From assembly GCF_963921235.1 (NCBI RefSeq), contig NC_086097.1, positions 199,890,001 through 199,954,000 of the forward strand: a stretch of DNA of 64,000 nt, in the 5' to 3' direction. Made by a program: the position numbers and the translations under genes. The stretch is from Mobula hypostoma (taxonomy: Eukaryota). This document shows positions 13,215 to 25,048 of the stretch, piece after piece; within the stretch, counting starts at the first letter, position 1; every line of letters starts with the position of its first letter. The notes beneath the pieces were generated by a model. It was not told the origin of the DNA. It made no database searches and saw nothing but the letters and a program-made list of their open reading frames with translations.

Positions 13215-15020
13215 ACATGAATGGTTTGGTGATGGAACTGATGGCTTTGTGGAGACTCAGGTATTGCTGACCAGGCAGTGAGTCTGCAGAAGGCCTGAAA
13301 CAGATTTGGAGAATGGGCAAAGAAGTGGCAGATGGAATACCGTGTAGGGAAGTACATGGTAATGAACTTCGGTAGAAGGAATAAAGGTATAAACTATTTT
13401 CTAAACAGAAGAAGATTCAAAAATCAGGGGTACGAAGGGACTTGGGATTCCTTGTGCAGGATTCCTTACCAGTTAAAGTGCAGGTTGAGTTGATGGTAAC
13501 GGAGACAAATGCAATGTAAGCATTTATTTCGAGAGGACTAGAATTTAAGAGCAAGTATGTATTGCTGAGGCATTATAAGATGTTAGTAGTATAGCACTTA
13601 GATTATCGTGAGCAGTTTTAAAGGTTCATTTCATTATCAAAGTATACAACTCTGAAATTCTTCAATTCTCTGGGTAGCCATGAAATCAAGAAAAAAAAGA
13701 AAGGCAGCCTGATCATCAACCCCCAAATCGCCCTCCCCGCAAAGAAAAATGAACAAAAACAGAACAGGCACATCAACCCCCAAATCCCCCCTCCCCACAA
13801 AGAAAAATGAACAAAAACAGAACAGGCACATCAACCCCCAAATCCCCCTCCCTGCACAAAAAATAATGAGAAGATTGGGCAAAAAAACACAAAATATAAA
13901 AACAATAAGATGCAATAAAAGATTTTATGGTCCCAATTCCACATCCAAAATGCAGAAAAAACCTGGGCAACTCTCCCTGCAGTGGCAGGCTCTTCCCTCT
14001 CTGGTAGCATAGCTGATACTCACCCTCTGCACTTGTGTCAATGGCTAGTCGCTTGAATCAGTGAAATGGAGCCAAGCATTGACGTACGCTCCAGCCTGCA
14101 GCAAGCCTGCTATGAGGTTCGCGCAAGCTGCCTCTACCCCTCGCAATCCTCTCAGAAACTGCAGGCCACTGGAACATCCAAACGATCTCCAAATTTCCGC
14201 ACTCGCATTGATGTTTCTGTTGCCATCACTGCTTTAATTGGCGAATGATGGAAGCTATAATCGGTGAAATGGGGTCAAACGTTGGCTCATGCAGGCTTCT
14301 TGCCACTGAGGTTCACTCATGTTGCCTCTGCCTCTGGAATCTTGGTAACTGCAGAGTGGTGAAGCACCCAAACAATCTCCAAACAGCAAAACACAGGCTG
14401 CAACAGTTCTAGAATCACATCCAAGACGAGAATCAAACGTAAAAGACATAACAGAAGTGAAAAAGATGGTTCCATGATCTAACCAGAAGAAGTCAACCAA
14501 AGGAACGTGGTACGCAGGCACCATCGTGACAGAACTTGGATGAGTTTTTGGCCCCTTATCTAAGAAAAGATGTGCTGTTATTGGAATGTATCAAGAGGTT
14601 CAGGAGAATGATTCTGGGAGTGAATGGGTTAATGTAAGAGGAGCTTTTGATGGCTCTGGGCCTGTACTCACTGGAGTTTAGAAGAATAAGGGGGTGATCT
14701 CATTGAAACCTATTGAATATTGAAAAGCCAAGATAGTGGATTTGGAGAGAACGTTTCCTATATTGGGTGAGTCTAGGATCAGAGGGCACACCCCTAGAAT
14801 AGAGGGACATCCATTTAGAACAGAGTTGAGGAGGAATTTATTTAGCCAGAGGCTGGTGAATCTGTGAAATTCATTGCCATTTATATTTAAAGTGGAGGTT
14901 GATAGGTTCTTGATTAGTAATTGCATCAAAGGTTACGGGGGCGAGGACAGGAGATTGGGGTTGAGAGGGATAATAAAACAGCCATGTTGCTAATTCTGCT
15001 TGCATGTCTTATGATCTTAA
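13215..15020 (+). mobile_element. CR1 3' fragment interrupted by a minus-strand non-autonomous repeat (about 13620-14535)
   Basis: gaatgggcaaagaagtggcagatggaa (EWAKKWQME) and typical CR1 C-terminal sequence; the insert contains a 57-58 bp unit starting at 13714, 13771 and 13829. Confidence 0.7.
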
Positions 15021-15596
15021 ACTCTCTTGCCTTCCACCTTATCAGAGCTCTTTTCACTCCATTTTCTCTGCAATATTAAAGTCTGTTTATCTACAGCTGT
15101 TCCTAACTCTGATGAAAGATAATTACATTGAAACACTAACTCTGTTTTGCTCTCCTCAGATGTTGTGTGACTCAGAGCGTTTTAGTAGCTTCTGTTTTAG
15201 TTTGCCTTTCATCCTCATCTAGGATTTGAACAGATTTATTTCTTGAGCATTTGTTTGATCTGTGAGTTTGTTATAATGGTTTATCACTTTCTCCATATTT
15301 AAAAGAAATCTCAATGATTCTTCTTCCTAATATTTATTTAATTGCATTAATATGTCCACTAAACACTATCTATCTCCCAAGTTTTAAGTATGACAATCAA
15401 ATCACCTGAAAGAACTTTGTTTTCTGGACTAAAATGTCCCAGATAATTGAGTGCTTTTATTTTGGATATTAAATTAATGGCTTTCATCTGAAGTACTTTT
15501 AGCTTTATATTGCCCACAATATCAAAGAAATGAAAAGTTAACGCAGTTATTTAGCTGTAACCTTATTGAATATTTAAAGCTTAATAATGCTTTCAC

Positions 15597-15790
15597 TACT
15601 GTTCCCTCCAAGCTGCATGGGTGCATGGCCATGCAGTAACTGAAATGTTCCTACGCACATAGCCTCTGCCACACAACTGGAATTTTCTTTTATATAATGT
15701 TTTATTAAAGTTTTCAGGCCATGTAAAACTTTCCTGCTCAGAGTAATGGTTGGTTCCCGCAGCTGTAAAAAAAAAATAGAGGGAACATTG
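15597..15790. mobile_element. hAT-type MITE
   Basis: Imperfect 14-bp terminal inverted repeats (TIRs) tactgttccctcca / tagagggaacattg; 8-bp TSD gctttcac (15589-15596) and gctttaac (15791-15798). Confidence 0.65.
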
Positions 15791-16337
15791 GCTTTAACAG
15801 AAGGAATATCCTACCAATAATGTTAATATCTGAACTGCCACATTGTTAAACTTTTCTTGCTAATCACAGTGAGCAGAGATATTACCACATGTCTTCTGTA
15901 CATTTTCAACGAACTACACCTTCAAGTACGAATTAGTGTGGCAAGCTTCACCACTATCCACTTTTGGTAACTTGATACTATTGAATGCTTAAATGTTTGA
16001 GAATAGATATTTTTTGTGATTAGTATTGATAAAACGTTAAAGGATAGGTGGCTGGTGTATATAACTCTTTTGTGAGAAATATAGTTATTCTGTCTAATGT
16101 TTTTATCAGTTTCCAAATGCAGTTTTAAATGAATGGTAATAATGGGTTTTGAATCTTGAATAAATCTGAGAAAGCGTGTGATACTACATTATTCATAGAA
16201 GAATAAATTGTTGTACATTTGGATCCTAAAATACTTTACAACATGTCTATAAGTTTTGTTCGATTGTTCATAAATGCCTAATTGCATTTCATAAGTTAAA
16301 AGAACATTTACTTCCATTGCATATAAATGTTTTTTAG

Positions 16338-16426
16338 ATGAAGATAGACTGTCCAGAAGAAAAAGCATTGTTGACACAGTGTCAATCCAAGTTGACCTCC
16401 TTGGTGTCAATGTTCCACAGGACAAG
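16338..16426 (+). CDS. EFR3A: EFR3A coding exon (DEDRLSRRKSIVDTVSIQVDLLGVNVPQDK)
   Basis: tttttag acceptor, gtaaac donor, 89 bp, phase-consistent; DEDRLSRRKSIVDTVSIQVD is the EFR3A motif. Confidence 0.95.
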
Positions 16427-16909
16427 GTAAACAAACCCTTTTCCATTATTCCTGGCTTTCTGCTACTTTTGTAGTTTTAAGACAGAAATCTCTTCTTTAT
16501 GTAAAGTAAATGCTTGTCGAGTAAGTATAATTTTTCTCACCATTTTTCACCAAACCACTTTCTCACCCAATTCCCAACTATATAACTTTCATCTTACAAT
16601 CGAATTACTTTGATTTCTTTGGAACTATATTTTGGGGCCTTTGCTTAAAGGATCTCCAGTGTAGGGAGATGAGATTTATTTGTTTATCTGTCTGTCTGGT
16701 TGTTTATTTATTTATTTATTGACATGCAGTGCGGAGTAGCCCCTCTAGCCCTTCAAGCCATGCCACCCAGCAATCCCCGAATTTATTCCTAGCCTAATCA
16801 CAGGACAATTTACAAAGACCAATTAACATACCAACTGGTACATCTTTGGAATGGGGAGAAAACTGGAACACCTGGAGGAAACCCATGTGGTCACAGAGAA
16901 AATGTATAA

Positions 16910-17432
16910 TGTTAAAACATTGAATAGTACAGCACACTACTGGCCCTTCGGCCTACAATGTTGTGCCAACCCTTAAACCCTGCCTCCCATATAACCCTCC
17001 ACCTTAAATTCCTCAATATACCTGTCTAGAAGTCTCTTAAATTTCACTAGTGTATCTGCCTCCACCACTGACTCAGGCAGTGCATTCCACGCACCAACCA
17101 CTCTCTGAGTGAAAAACCTTCCTCTAATATCCCCCTTCAACTTCCCACCCCTTACCTTAAGGCCATGTCCTCTTGTATTGAGCAGTGGTGCCCTGGGGAA
17201 GAGGTGCTGGCTGTCCACTCTATCTATTCCTCTTAATATCTTGTACACCTCTATCATGTCTCCTCTCATCCTCCTCTCCAAAGAGTAAAGCCCTAGCTCC
17301 CTTAATCTCTGACCAATAATGCATACTCTCTAAACCAGGCAGCATCCTGGTAAATCTCCTCTGTACCCTTTCCAGTGTTTCCACATCCTTCCTGTAGTGA
17401 GGTGACCAGAACTGGACACAGTACTCCAAGTG
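16910..17432 (-). mobile_element. Young CR1 3' fragment nested in a tRNA-derived SINE (about 16690-16905 and 17433-17515)
   Basis: ORFs 17220-17429 and 16973-17281 (EYCVQFWSPHYRKD...RFFTQRVVGAWNALP); near-identical to 52465-52855 and 63835-64000. Confidence 0.85.
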
Positions 17433-17539
17433 CGTTCTTACAGGCAGCAGCAGGAATTGAACCCATGTTGGCAGTACTGAAAAGTGTTGTGCTAACCACT
17501 ATGCTACCATGCTGTACATTTCCTTCTGTTAAAGCCAAA

Positions 17540-18790
17540 GCTCCCCCCTTGTAAAATCACTCAAGCTGTGCCAGGTTAGTTGGGAAGCAACGGTAGACAG
17601 CAATCTTGAGGAATTTCCAGAGATGTTTGATCAGGTTAAGGTCAGGACTCTGGGCCACTCAAGGACATCAATTTTCTTTGTTTGAAGATACCCCATGGTT
17701 GCTTTGGCAGTGTGCTTTGGATTGTTGTTTTGCTGAAAGATGAACTTCCTCTCCAGTTTAAGGTTTCTAGCAGAGGCTAGCAGGTTTTAATTCAGGATCT
17801 CTCTGTATTTAGCAGCATTCATCTTCCCATTAAGCCTGAAAAGCAGTCCCTGCTGCTGAAAAGCATCCCCATAGTATGAGGCTACCTTCTCCATACTTCA
17901 CAGTAGGGATGGTGTTACCTGACAGATGCGCTGTATTAGATTTACGCCACATGTACCCCTTAATATTGAGGCCAAAAAGTTCCACTTCAGTAACATCTGG
18001 TCACAAGATCTTCCACATTTAAACAGTACCTTCCAATTGATGCTTTGCAAAGACTTCACGGCCAAGGATAAGCTGTTTTTTTTAGCCAGGGCTTCTTCCT
18101 TGCCACTCTTTCATAAATACCCTTTGTGCAAGGCCTTAGAGATTGTGGAGCTATGAGCTTCATCTCCACTAGCAGCCTCTTAATTGTACAACCTACTCAG
18201 GATGACTGTTGTGTTACAGTAGCCCCTCTTACAAGTGCCATTCTTCTCTGGCAACTAAGAGGAATGGCCTGACCTAGATAGTGTAGCTGTGATTTCAATT
18301 TTTACATCTTTTTCAAAATGAAATGCACTGAGCTCCGAGGTATGTTCAGTGCCTTGTAATGGTTTTGTATCCTTTCCCAAATTTGTGCTTCACTGTTATC
18401 ATTTCCCTGACTTGCCTTGAATGCACTTTTGTCTTCGTTTTGGTTTGGTCTGCTGAAAATCTACCATACTGTTTAACCTTATGAAAAGAGAAGGTATTTC
18501 TTCAGGTGATCCTCCAATTTTCTATATCAACATATTGGGTAAGGTAATATACAGTATTACACCTGAGGAAAGTTAGCACAGTAGTTACAAAAGGAATGGA
18601 TACTTCTTGACCTCAATTTTGGTTTTTAATTTTTAGTAAATTGTTGACAGGTTTTGGAATTTTCTTTTGGTTTGACATGGCACACAATGTTTTGCAGATT
18701 ATCTCAAAAAAATCCTACTTCAATATGTTTTAAATTTAGATAATGTGACAGTAAAATGTGAAAATAGTTGTGAGGCTGAATAGACATTAT
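17540..18790 (-). mobile_element. Old, degenerate Tc1-family transposon
   Basis: Minus-strand remnants SPDLN (about 17634-17649), QQNNNPKHT (about 17710-17735), [12 protein letters not shown] (about 17868-17900). Ends approximate. Confidence 0.7.
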
Positions 18791-19513
18791 GCGATGAATT
18801 CACTCGTCTGTGTTGATGCCTGGCTGAAATAACTGCATTTTTGGAAAAGCTGGCTTATAAATTATCATCAATGATAAATCACAGAATCGCAAAGTTCACA
18901 GTATGAAAGAACAACATTTAGCTCATCAGATCTGTCCCCTTAAAATCCTATAACTGAGTTGGTCTCTACTTTCCCCTTCTCACTTTGGCAAGGCATCTTG
19001 TTGCTAATGGCTGACTGTTTTGTAATTCATTCTGTCATTGGTTTGCTTACCTACCACCTTCATTCTGTGTCTCCTGAGAATGGTCAGTTTCTCTACCTAC
19101 TGTCTATACCCTTGATGATTTTTCAAGCCTGTATCAACTCCTTTGTAAGAGAGAATCAACCCTGCTTTCCTAGTTGAGGACGAGAGGTGGGGAGCTTTCA
19201 TTTGCAGCTTTCAAAGGAAACTTATTTAAAATTTAAATGACGGTCTCTGGAAAGAAAGGATGTGAAAGGAAAGAATGAGCGCAAATATGTTGTAGATTTG
19301 TGTGGTTTCCTCCAATATGTCAACTATATAAGAATAAGATTGGTGTAATTCCATGCTGTTACCATTCTGTGAATCTCAGTCTCTCCACAAAACTAAAGAT
19401 GCTCATCCTAGAATTGAGTGGATAAAATACTTCTACAGATCCTCAGTGGCCTTTGCACCACTTTAAGGAATGATGCATGATTTGATTCAAGTACTTTATT
19501 TTATTTTCCACAG

Positions 19514-19562
19514 GCAAAGATAGTTGAAGAAATCACCTTTGAAACATTAAAGAAAGCTATTG
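19514..19562 (+). CDS. EFR3A: EFR3A coding exon (AKIVEEITFETLKKAI)
   Basis: ttttccacag acceptor, gtatgt donor, 49 bp, phase-consistent. Confidence 0.93.
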
Positions 19563-19580
19563 GTATGTCTAATATAAATA

Positions 19581-19888
19581 TTATATATAGGCATCTGTTA
19601 GTCTCGTGAGACCATGGATTTGCACCTTGAAAGGTTTCCAAGGCACAGGCCTGGGCAAGGTTGTATGGAAGACTGGCAGTTGCTTATGCTGTAAGTGTCT
19701 CCTCTCCACACCACCGATGTTGTCCAAGGGACAAGGACTAGGACCGCTACAGCTTGGCACCAGTGTCATCGCAGAGCAATGTGTGGTTAAGTGCCTTGCT
19801 CAAGGACACAACACGCTGCCTCAGCTGAGGCTCGAACTAGCGACCTTCAGATCACTAGACCAACGCCTTAACCACTTGGCCACGCGCC
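19581..19888 (-). mobile_element. tRNA-derived SINE, apparently full length
   Basis: Head GGCGCGTGGCCAAGTGGTTAAGG...GTTCGAGCC (A and B boxes), central GTGTCCTTGAGCAAGGCACTTAACC, 3' end shared with a fragment at about 7600-7676. Confidence 0.8.
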
Positions 19889-20611
19889 AACGCAATGTTA
19901 TGTAAATAACAGCAGATCATAGTATAATGTGACAGTGGACGAATTGCTAATAAAAGGGGAAATCTTTGATCTGCACAAAATTTGATTCCGGATTCTCCAT
20001 AAAACATTGTTTCTTTAATCTTTTAATGTTATTTCTCTCCGTCGATTAACAGATTGCACAGTTATTAACACCTCCCATCCAATCTTCATTTTATAAGTGC
20101 TTTAAAGAAAAGTTATTTTGTAAAAGCCTTGCCTTTTAGCCATTCTTGGAAATAATCCATAACATGCTATAATATTCTTTTACTAATTTGTTTCATAGTT
20201 TTTTCATATTTTCCTGACCATCTTGATTTCTGAATTGAGGGCTACAGGGGCAAACAAAATGTATGTCTTTAATTCTGGAAGAAATCGGTATTTAAAATAA
20301 ACTCATGTAATCCAAGTCCACATTTGTTTGAATTATTTTACAACCTGGTTCTGGAGAGAATTTGACCTGGGTGTATAAGTAAGGGCAAATTTAGGATTGT
20401 TCATAGGTTTGTGATACAATGTTGATCAGATTCTAGTATACTGTTCATAGATTAAATGTAGCAAAAAGTTGTTCTAATATTAGTGAGTCATTTTGGATAA
20501 TTTGTGACTGAATTTCACTGTGTATGTCAATACAATGAATCTGAATTAAACTAAGAAATTGAAATTTTATAATACACTTCCCTGGCTTAATTCATCCTTT
20601 CTATAAATCAG

Positions 20612-20715
20612 ATAGTCAAAATCTTGAAGAACAAGAAAGAGAGAAGCGACGTCAAATAATTGAGAAGTTTCAGAAAGCACCATTTGAGGAGATTGCAGCC
20701 CAGTGTGAATCCAAG
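20612..20715 (+). CDS. EFR3A: EFR3A coding exon (DSQNLEEQEREKRRQIIEKFQKAPFEEIAAQCESK)
   Basis: cag acceptor, gttagt donor, 104 bp, phase-consistent; conserved KFQKAPFEEIAAQCESK. Confidence 0.95.
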
Positions 20716-21264
20716 GTTAGTCAAACTTCTAATACTGTGCAAACACGGCATGTAATGCTAATAAAAGCAAATTTGTTTTGTTGCATTTCACCTAGTAGTG
20801 TATTTCACATGCCTCATCAATGTTCTGTTTATTGCATTCTCCTTCCAACTGAAAATATTATTTTCTTTGAGAGTGAGCAGCCTAGTGGCTATTGTGAGAG
20901 ATTTCCTTTTTTTCAAGCTACTGATCTATAGTTGCATGCACATTGTAGAAGGGGATTATGTTCATTTTGGGGTCCACTGAAAATGGAATATTTCAATACA
21001 TTTTAATTAATGTGAGCTTGAAGGATGATGTATATTTTTAAATGGTTTTCTATGAATAAGAACCAAAATTGTCTTTGTCATGATATTCAACATTATTGCT
21101 ATAGCTTTTTATAAAAGGGGGAAAAGATATCTGGGAAAACTCCAGTTACAGGACTGGTCTTAAAGCTTGACTCTTTCAAAAACTATTGTAACTTTATACA
21201 AAACTTACTAAGCTTTTGTCACTAGTTTACTTCCCACAATAAGTCCTATTTATGTCTCTTTCAG

Positions 21265-21314
21265 TCAAACTTTCTTCATGACAGGCTTGCAGAGATATTT
21301 GAATTGACAATAAG
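21265..21314 (+). CDS. EFR3A: EFR3A coding exon (SNFLHDRLAEIFELTI)
   Basis: tctctttcag acceptor, gtgagt donor, 50 bp. Confidence 0.95.
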
Positions 21315-21802
21315 GTGAGTACTTGTGTATGAGTAAAAGTGGTTAAGTATATTTATTTTGTTTTGGCCAACTAATATATAATGAAGTTTAAAAATAAGTG
21401 GATTTCCAGTTATTACTAAGCAATTAGAGATTGCTAATTTGCACATGGGATTACTTTGTTATTAGTTTCTGATTTTACCAAAAGTGAAGAATCTTTATCA
21501 AATTGTCCTTTCAAATACCAATGTGTGATAACCTCTTAACTAACATTTCATCACATTACTACAGTTGCACTGCTGAGTAGAATTCTTCCTGGGCATGATG
21601 TGGACATCTTCCATACTTGATCTGATTTTTTTTTAAATTTAAATACAGCTTTATTAAATGGAAATAATAACTATTCTTTGAAAATATTTTGCCTTTGTAG
21701 CACAGTAACGGATGTGTATGCATTGAGTTCTGAATGTTTGAAAATGACTTTTTTCAAAGTGGGAAGTAAGTCAATAATCTGATGTAGAATTTTCTCTAGC
21801 AG

Positions 21803-21908
21803 ACCGCCTCCAAGTCCGTCGGGATCTATGAGTGTGACAGCCGGACATGTTCAGTATCATTCCATCCCAGTCTACGAAATGAAGTTTCCAGACCTTTGTG
21901 TTTATTAG
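21803..21908 (+). CDS. EFR3A: EFR3A last coding exon (RPPPSPSGSMSVTAGHVQYHSIPVYEMKFPDLCVY*)
   Basis: tagcag acceptor; TAG stop 21906-21908; the C-terminus PVYEMKFPDLCVY is diagnostic of EFR3 proteins, and upstream exons match the A paralogue. Confidence 0.95.
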
Positions 21909-24900
21909 TTGCTGCTTCTGTTTGAGATGCCTCCATTGATTTATATCTTGTGAAATATTTTCACTGAATCTCTCAATAAATTAGGTGAACAATCAGTTAT
22001 TTATTAGGGCTTGCTGGCCTGGTGATCATTGTGATGCACTCTATTATGTGTAAATGTACAAGTATCAGGTAGTGTAAGTGTGTATTTAAAAACTTGCTAT
22101 TTTCTTGAGCAAAATACTTTGTTTTACCCTGCAAGAGGTCCACATTCACAACTGTGAAAGTGCCACCAGCACATTTATGCATGACTTTTATATTAAAATA
22201 TGGACTTCATCAAAAAATTGAGATAACTATGTTATTCATCATTTACCATATTTGTTAACAACTTTTAAATGAAGTTCTGTCATTTTTGTTCAGTAGCATT
22301 CCAAACTTGTAAAGATGTAACAAAACATTTACTTGTTAACAATTTTCAGTTCTAATGTATTCTCCAAACCATCCATATTGAGTGTTTTGGATTAATTTTA
22401 TTCACATTTGGTACCTAGAATTCCATTTACAGTGGCATGCAAAAGTTTGGGCACCCCAGTCAGAATTTCTGTTACTGTGAATAGCTAAGCGAGTAAAAGA
22501 TGAACTGATTTCCAAAAGGCATAAAATTAAAGACGACACATTTCTTTAATATTTTAAGCAAGAAATATTTTTTATTTCCATCTTTTACAGTTTCAAAATA
22601 ACAAAAATGGAAAAGGGTCTGAAGCAAAAGCTTGTAAACACTATCTGTAACCAGCTAAGAGTCTTTCAATTCTTGTTTGGGGGATTTTCACCCATTCTTC
22701 CTTGCAAAAGGCTTCTAGTTCTGTGAGATTCTTGGGCCGTCTTGCATGCAATGCTCTTCTGAGGCCTATCCACAGATTCTCTATGTTTAGGTCGGGGGAC
22801 TGTGAGGGCCATGGCAAAACCTCCAGCTTGCGCCGCTTGAGGTAGTCCATTGTGGATTTTGAGGTGTGTTTAGGATCATCATCCTGTTGTAGACGCCATC
22901 CTCTTTTCATCTTCGGCTTTTTTACAGACAGTGTGATGTTTGCTTCCAGAATTTGCTGGTATTTAATTGAATTCGTTCTTCCCTCTACCAGTAAATGTTC
23001 CCCGTGCCACTGGCTGTAACACAATCCCAAAGCATGATCGATCCACCCTCATGCTTAACAGTTGGAGAGGGGTTCTTTTCGTGAAATTCTGCACCATTTT
23101 TTCTCCAAACATACCTTTGCTCATTGCGGCCAAAGAGTTCTATTTTGACTTCATCAGTCCACAGGACTTGTTTCCAAAATGCATCTGGCTTGTATAGATG
23201 TTCCTTTGAACCTTTTGAATAGAACTTTTTTGTTATTTTGGAACTGTAAAAGATGGAAATAAAAGTTTTCTTGCTTAAAATATTAAAGGAATGTGTCATC
23301 TTTAACTTTATGCCTTTTGGAAATCAGTTCATCTTTTACTCACTTAGCTATTCACAGTTACAGAAATTTTGACCAGGGTTGTCCAAACTTTTGCATGCCA
23401 CTGTATGTAAACTGGAGGATCCAAACTGCTTAATGCTCTCCACTACATTGCTTTTTTTGCCTCTGCATCCCTCCCCAGTCTTAGTCTCCACAGTGAGTAA
23501 AAGCTGTTTTTTGTTTAGGAAGTAAAACAACTTGAGTACAAATTTGTTAATGCATAATCTCTTATTTAGAATCTGGACTTGGCCAGTGTTTTTAATATCA
23601 TTTTGAAACTCAACATTTTTTAGTTTGTTTCAGTGCTTTTAAGTAATTCTGGAGGGTGCGACATGAAATGTTTAAACTGGTCCAGTGCATAGATAAATCT
23701 GAGATGGTGAGGTTAAAAGTCTATATGTAATACATAGTTTTTTGTATTAGCTTATACATTTAAGATGTGTAAATGAAGATTTACAAGGAATACTAGATGA
23801 ATCAATTGCTAGTTTTTTTTGGAGGTTTTGTGAAAGCTCAGCGATCAGCCACATTTGAAGTATCAATTTTGGGAGTGGCAGGGTTATGTTATTTTATAAT
23901 AGTGTTGAAATTCATTCCTTTGCTATTCCAATCAAGTTATTACAATTAAACAATGCTTTTTGTCTTCTTTAATTTTGGTTACATTTGTTTTCAGTTTGAA
24001 ACTCCATATACTTTTAGAAATAATAGGCAAGTTGCTGCCTGTTTTGGTCTTCTACATTTAGAATTCTGATAACTGTACAATGTGAGAAAAGGCTGCATTG
24101 GACAACTCTCTCGATTGGCAATTTTTTTTTTATTAATCAAATAAATGGCAAACCTAAAACGTTTCAATGCTGAAACTAGACTTGATTGATACTGTGAGCA
24201 AAAGTAATTTTGTATTGGTTGAAGTCATATACTTGCATTAAATGAACGTTGTGACTTTTCTTAGCATTTTTGAAAATACCATTTGTTCTTGAGCAAGTTG
24301 TTTTTAATAGTATCAGTGGATTGTTCGTGAATTTATGACATATGACCAGAGGTGATTTTGTTCATAAAGGCTTATGGACAACATTTCTTCAATTTTAGAC
24401 TGCTTTCATGCATGTGCTGAAAACAAGATCATGTGGGATGATGTATTGTGCAATCCTAGTCATGTGTTATGTCTTCAGATAATGCTTTACACTTTGAATG
24501 TATTTGTTCATTTTTAAAGCATAGACATCTATGAATTCAAATTTTATCAACCTTCAGAAATATTATAAACTTAATGGGATGTGAAATGTTGCACAATTAA
24601 AAGGACAAAACAAATAGTATTGTTGTATCTTGTTTTTTCATTATGGAGATGGATTTCACAATGCATGATTGACATTCAGACAACTCACATTATGAAATTA
24701 TGCAGTGACGTGTGAAAATTGCAAAACAATTGCCTGGCCAGTGTGTTTAAATATTAAGCATAAGAATGACATGACATGTTATCGGTCTTAATTATACTTG
24801 TTATATAGTAGCTTTTCAGATCTCTGAATTTTATGTAAGATTTTTGACATAATGCACTGCTGTGTTCTTCCTCATGGTAATTTGCATGCCTTGAACCTAT

Positions 24901-25020
24901 CGCAGTGCAAAAGGTCACAAATGGAGCTTAACTGTTTGCTTCTGCACTGTGTCACATCTATGTGAAAACAGACTTGGCCAGAGTAGAAAAAAATAAAGGT
25001 GGATGCATAGAAACTGTTTT
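21909..25020 (+). other. EFR3A: Putative EFR3A 3' UTR with candidate poly(A) signals
   Basis: AT-rich unique sequence after the stop; AATAAA at 21975-21980, 24140-24145 and 24992-24997; true end unknown. Confidence 0.5.
22430..23403 (-). mobile_element. Internally deleted Tc1-family transposon with long TIRs
   Basis: TA flanks at 22428-22429 and 23404-23405; TIRs of about 180 bp beginning cagtggcatgcaaaagtttgg; transposase catalytic motifs WTDE, QQDDDPKH, SPDLNIENLW in ORFs 22985-23299 and 22641-23030; N-terminal DNA-binding region missing. Confidence 0.93.
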
Positions 25021-25048
25021 TGCCATGAACCAAAGTTCAATGTATGTA

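Noticed and set aside
11650..15020. Single CR1 with a twin-priming 5' inversion
   Set aside because: Orientation fits, but no TSD was found and a large internal segment is missing; independent insertions are equally likely
19820..19888. tRNA gene (also at about 1105-1179)
   Set aside because: tRNA-like heads continue into SINE bodies and tails, so these are SINEs
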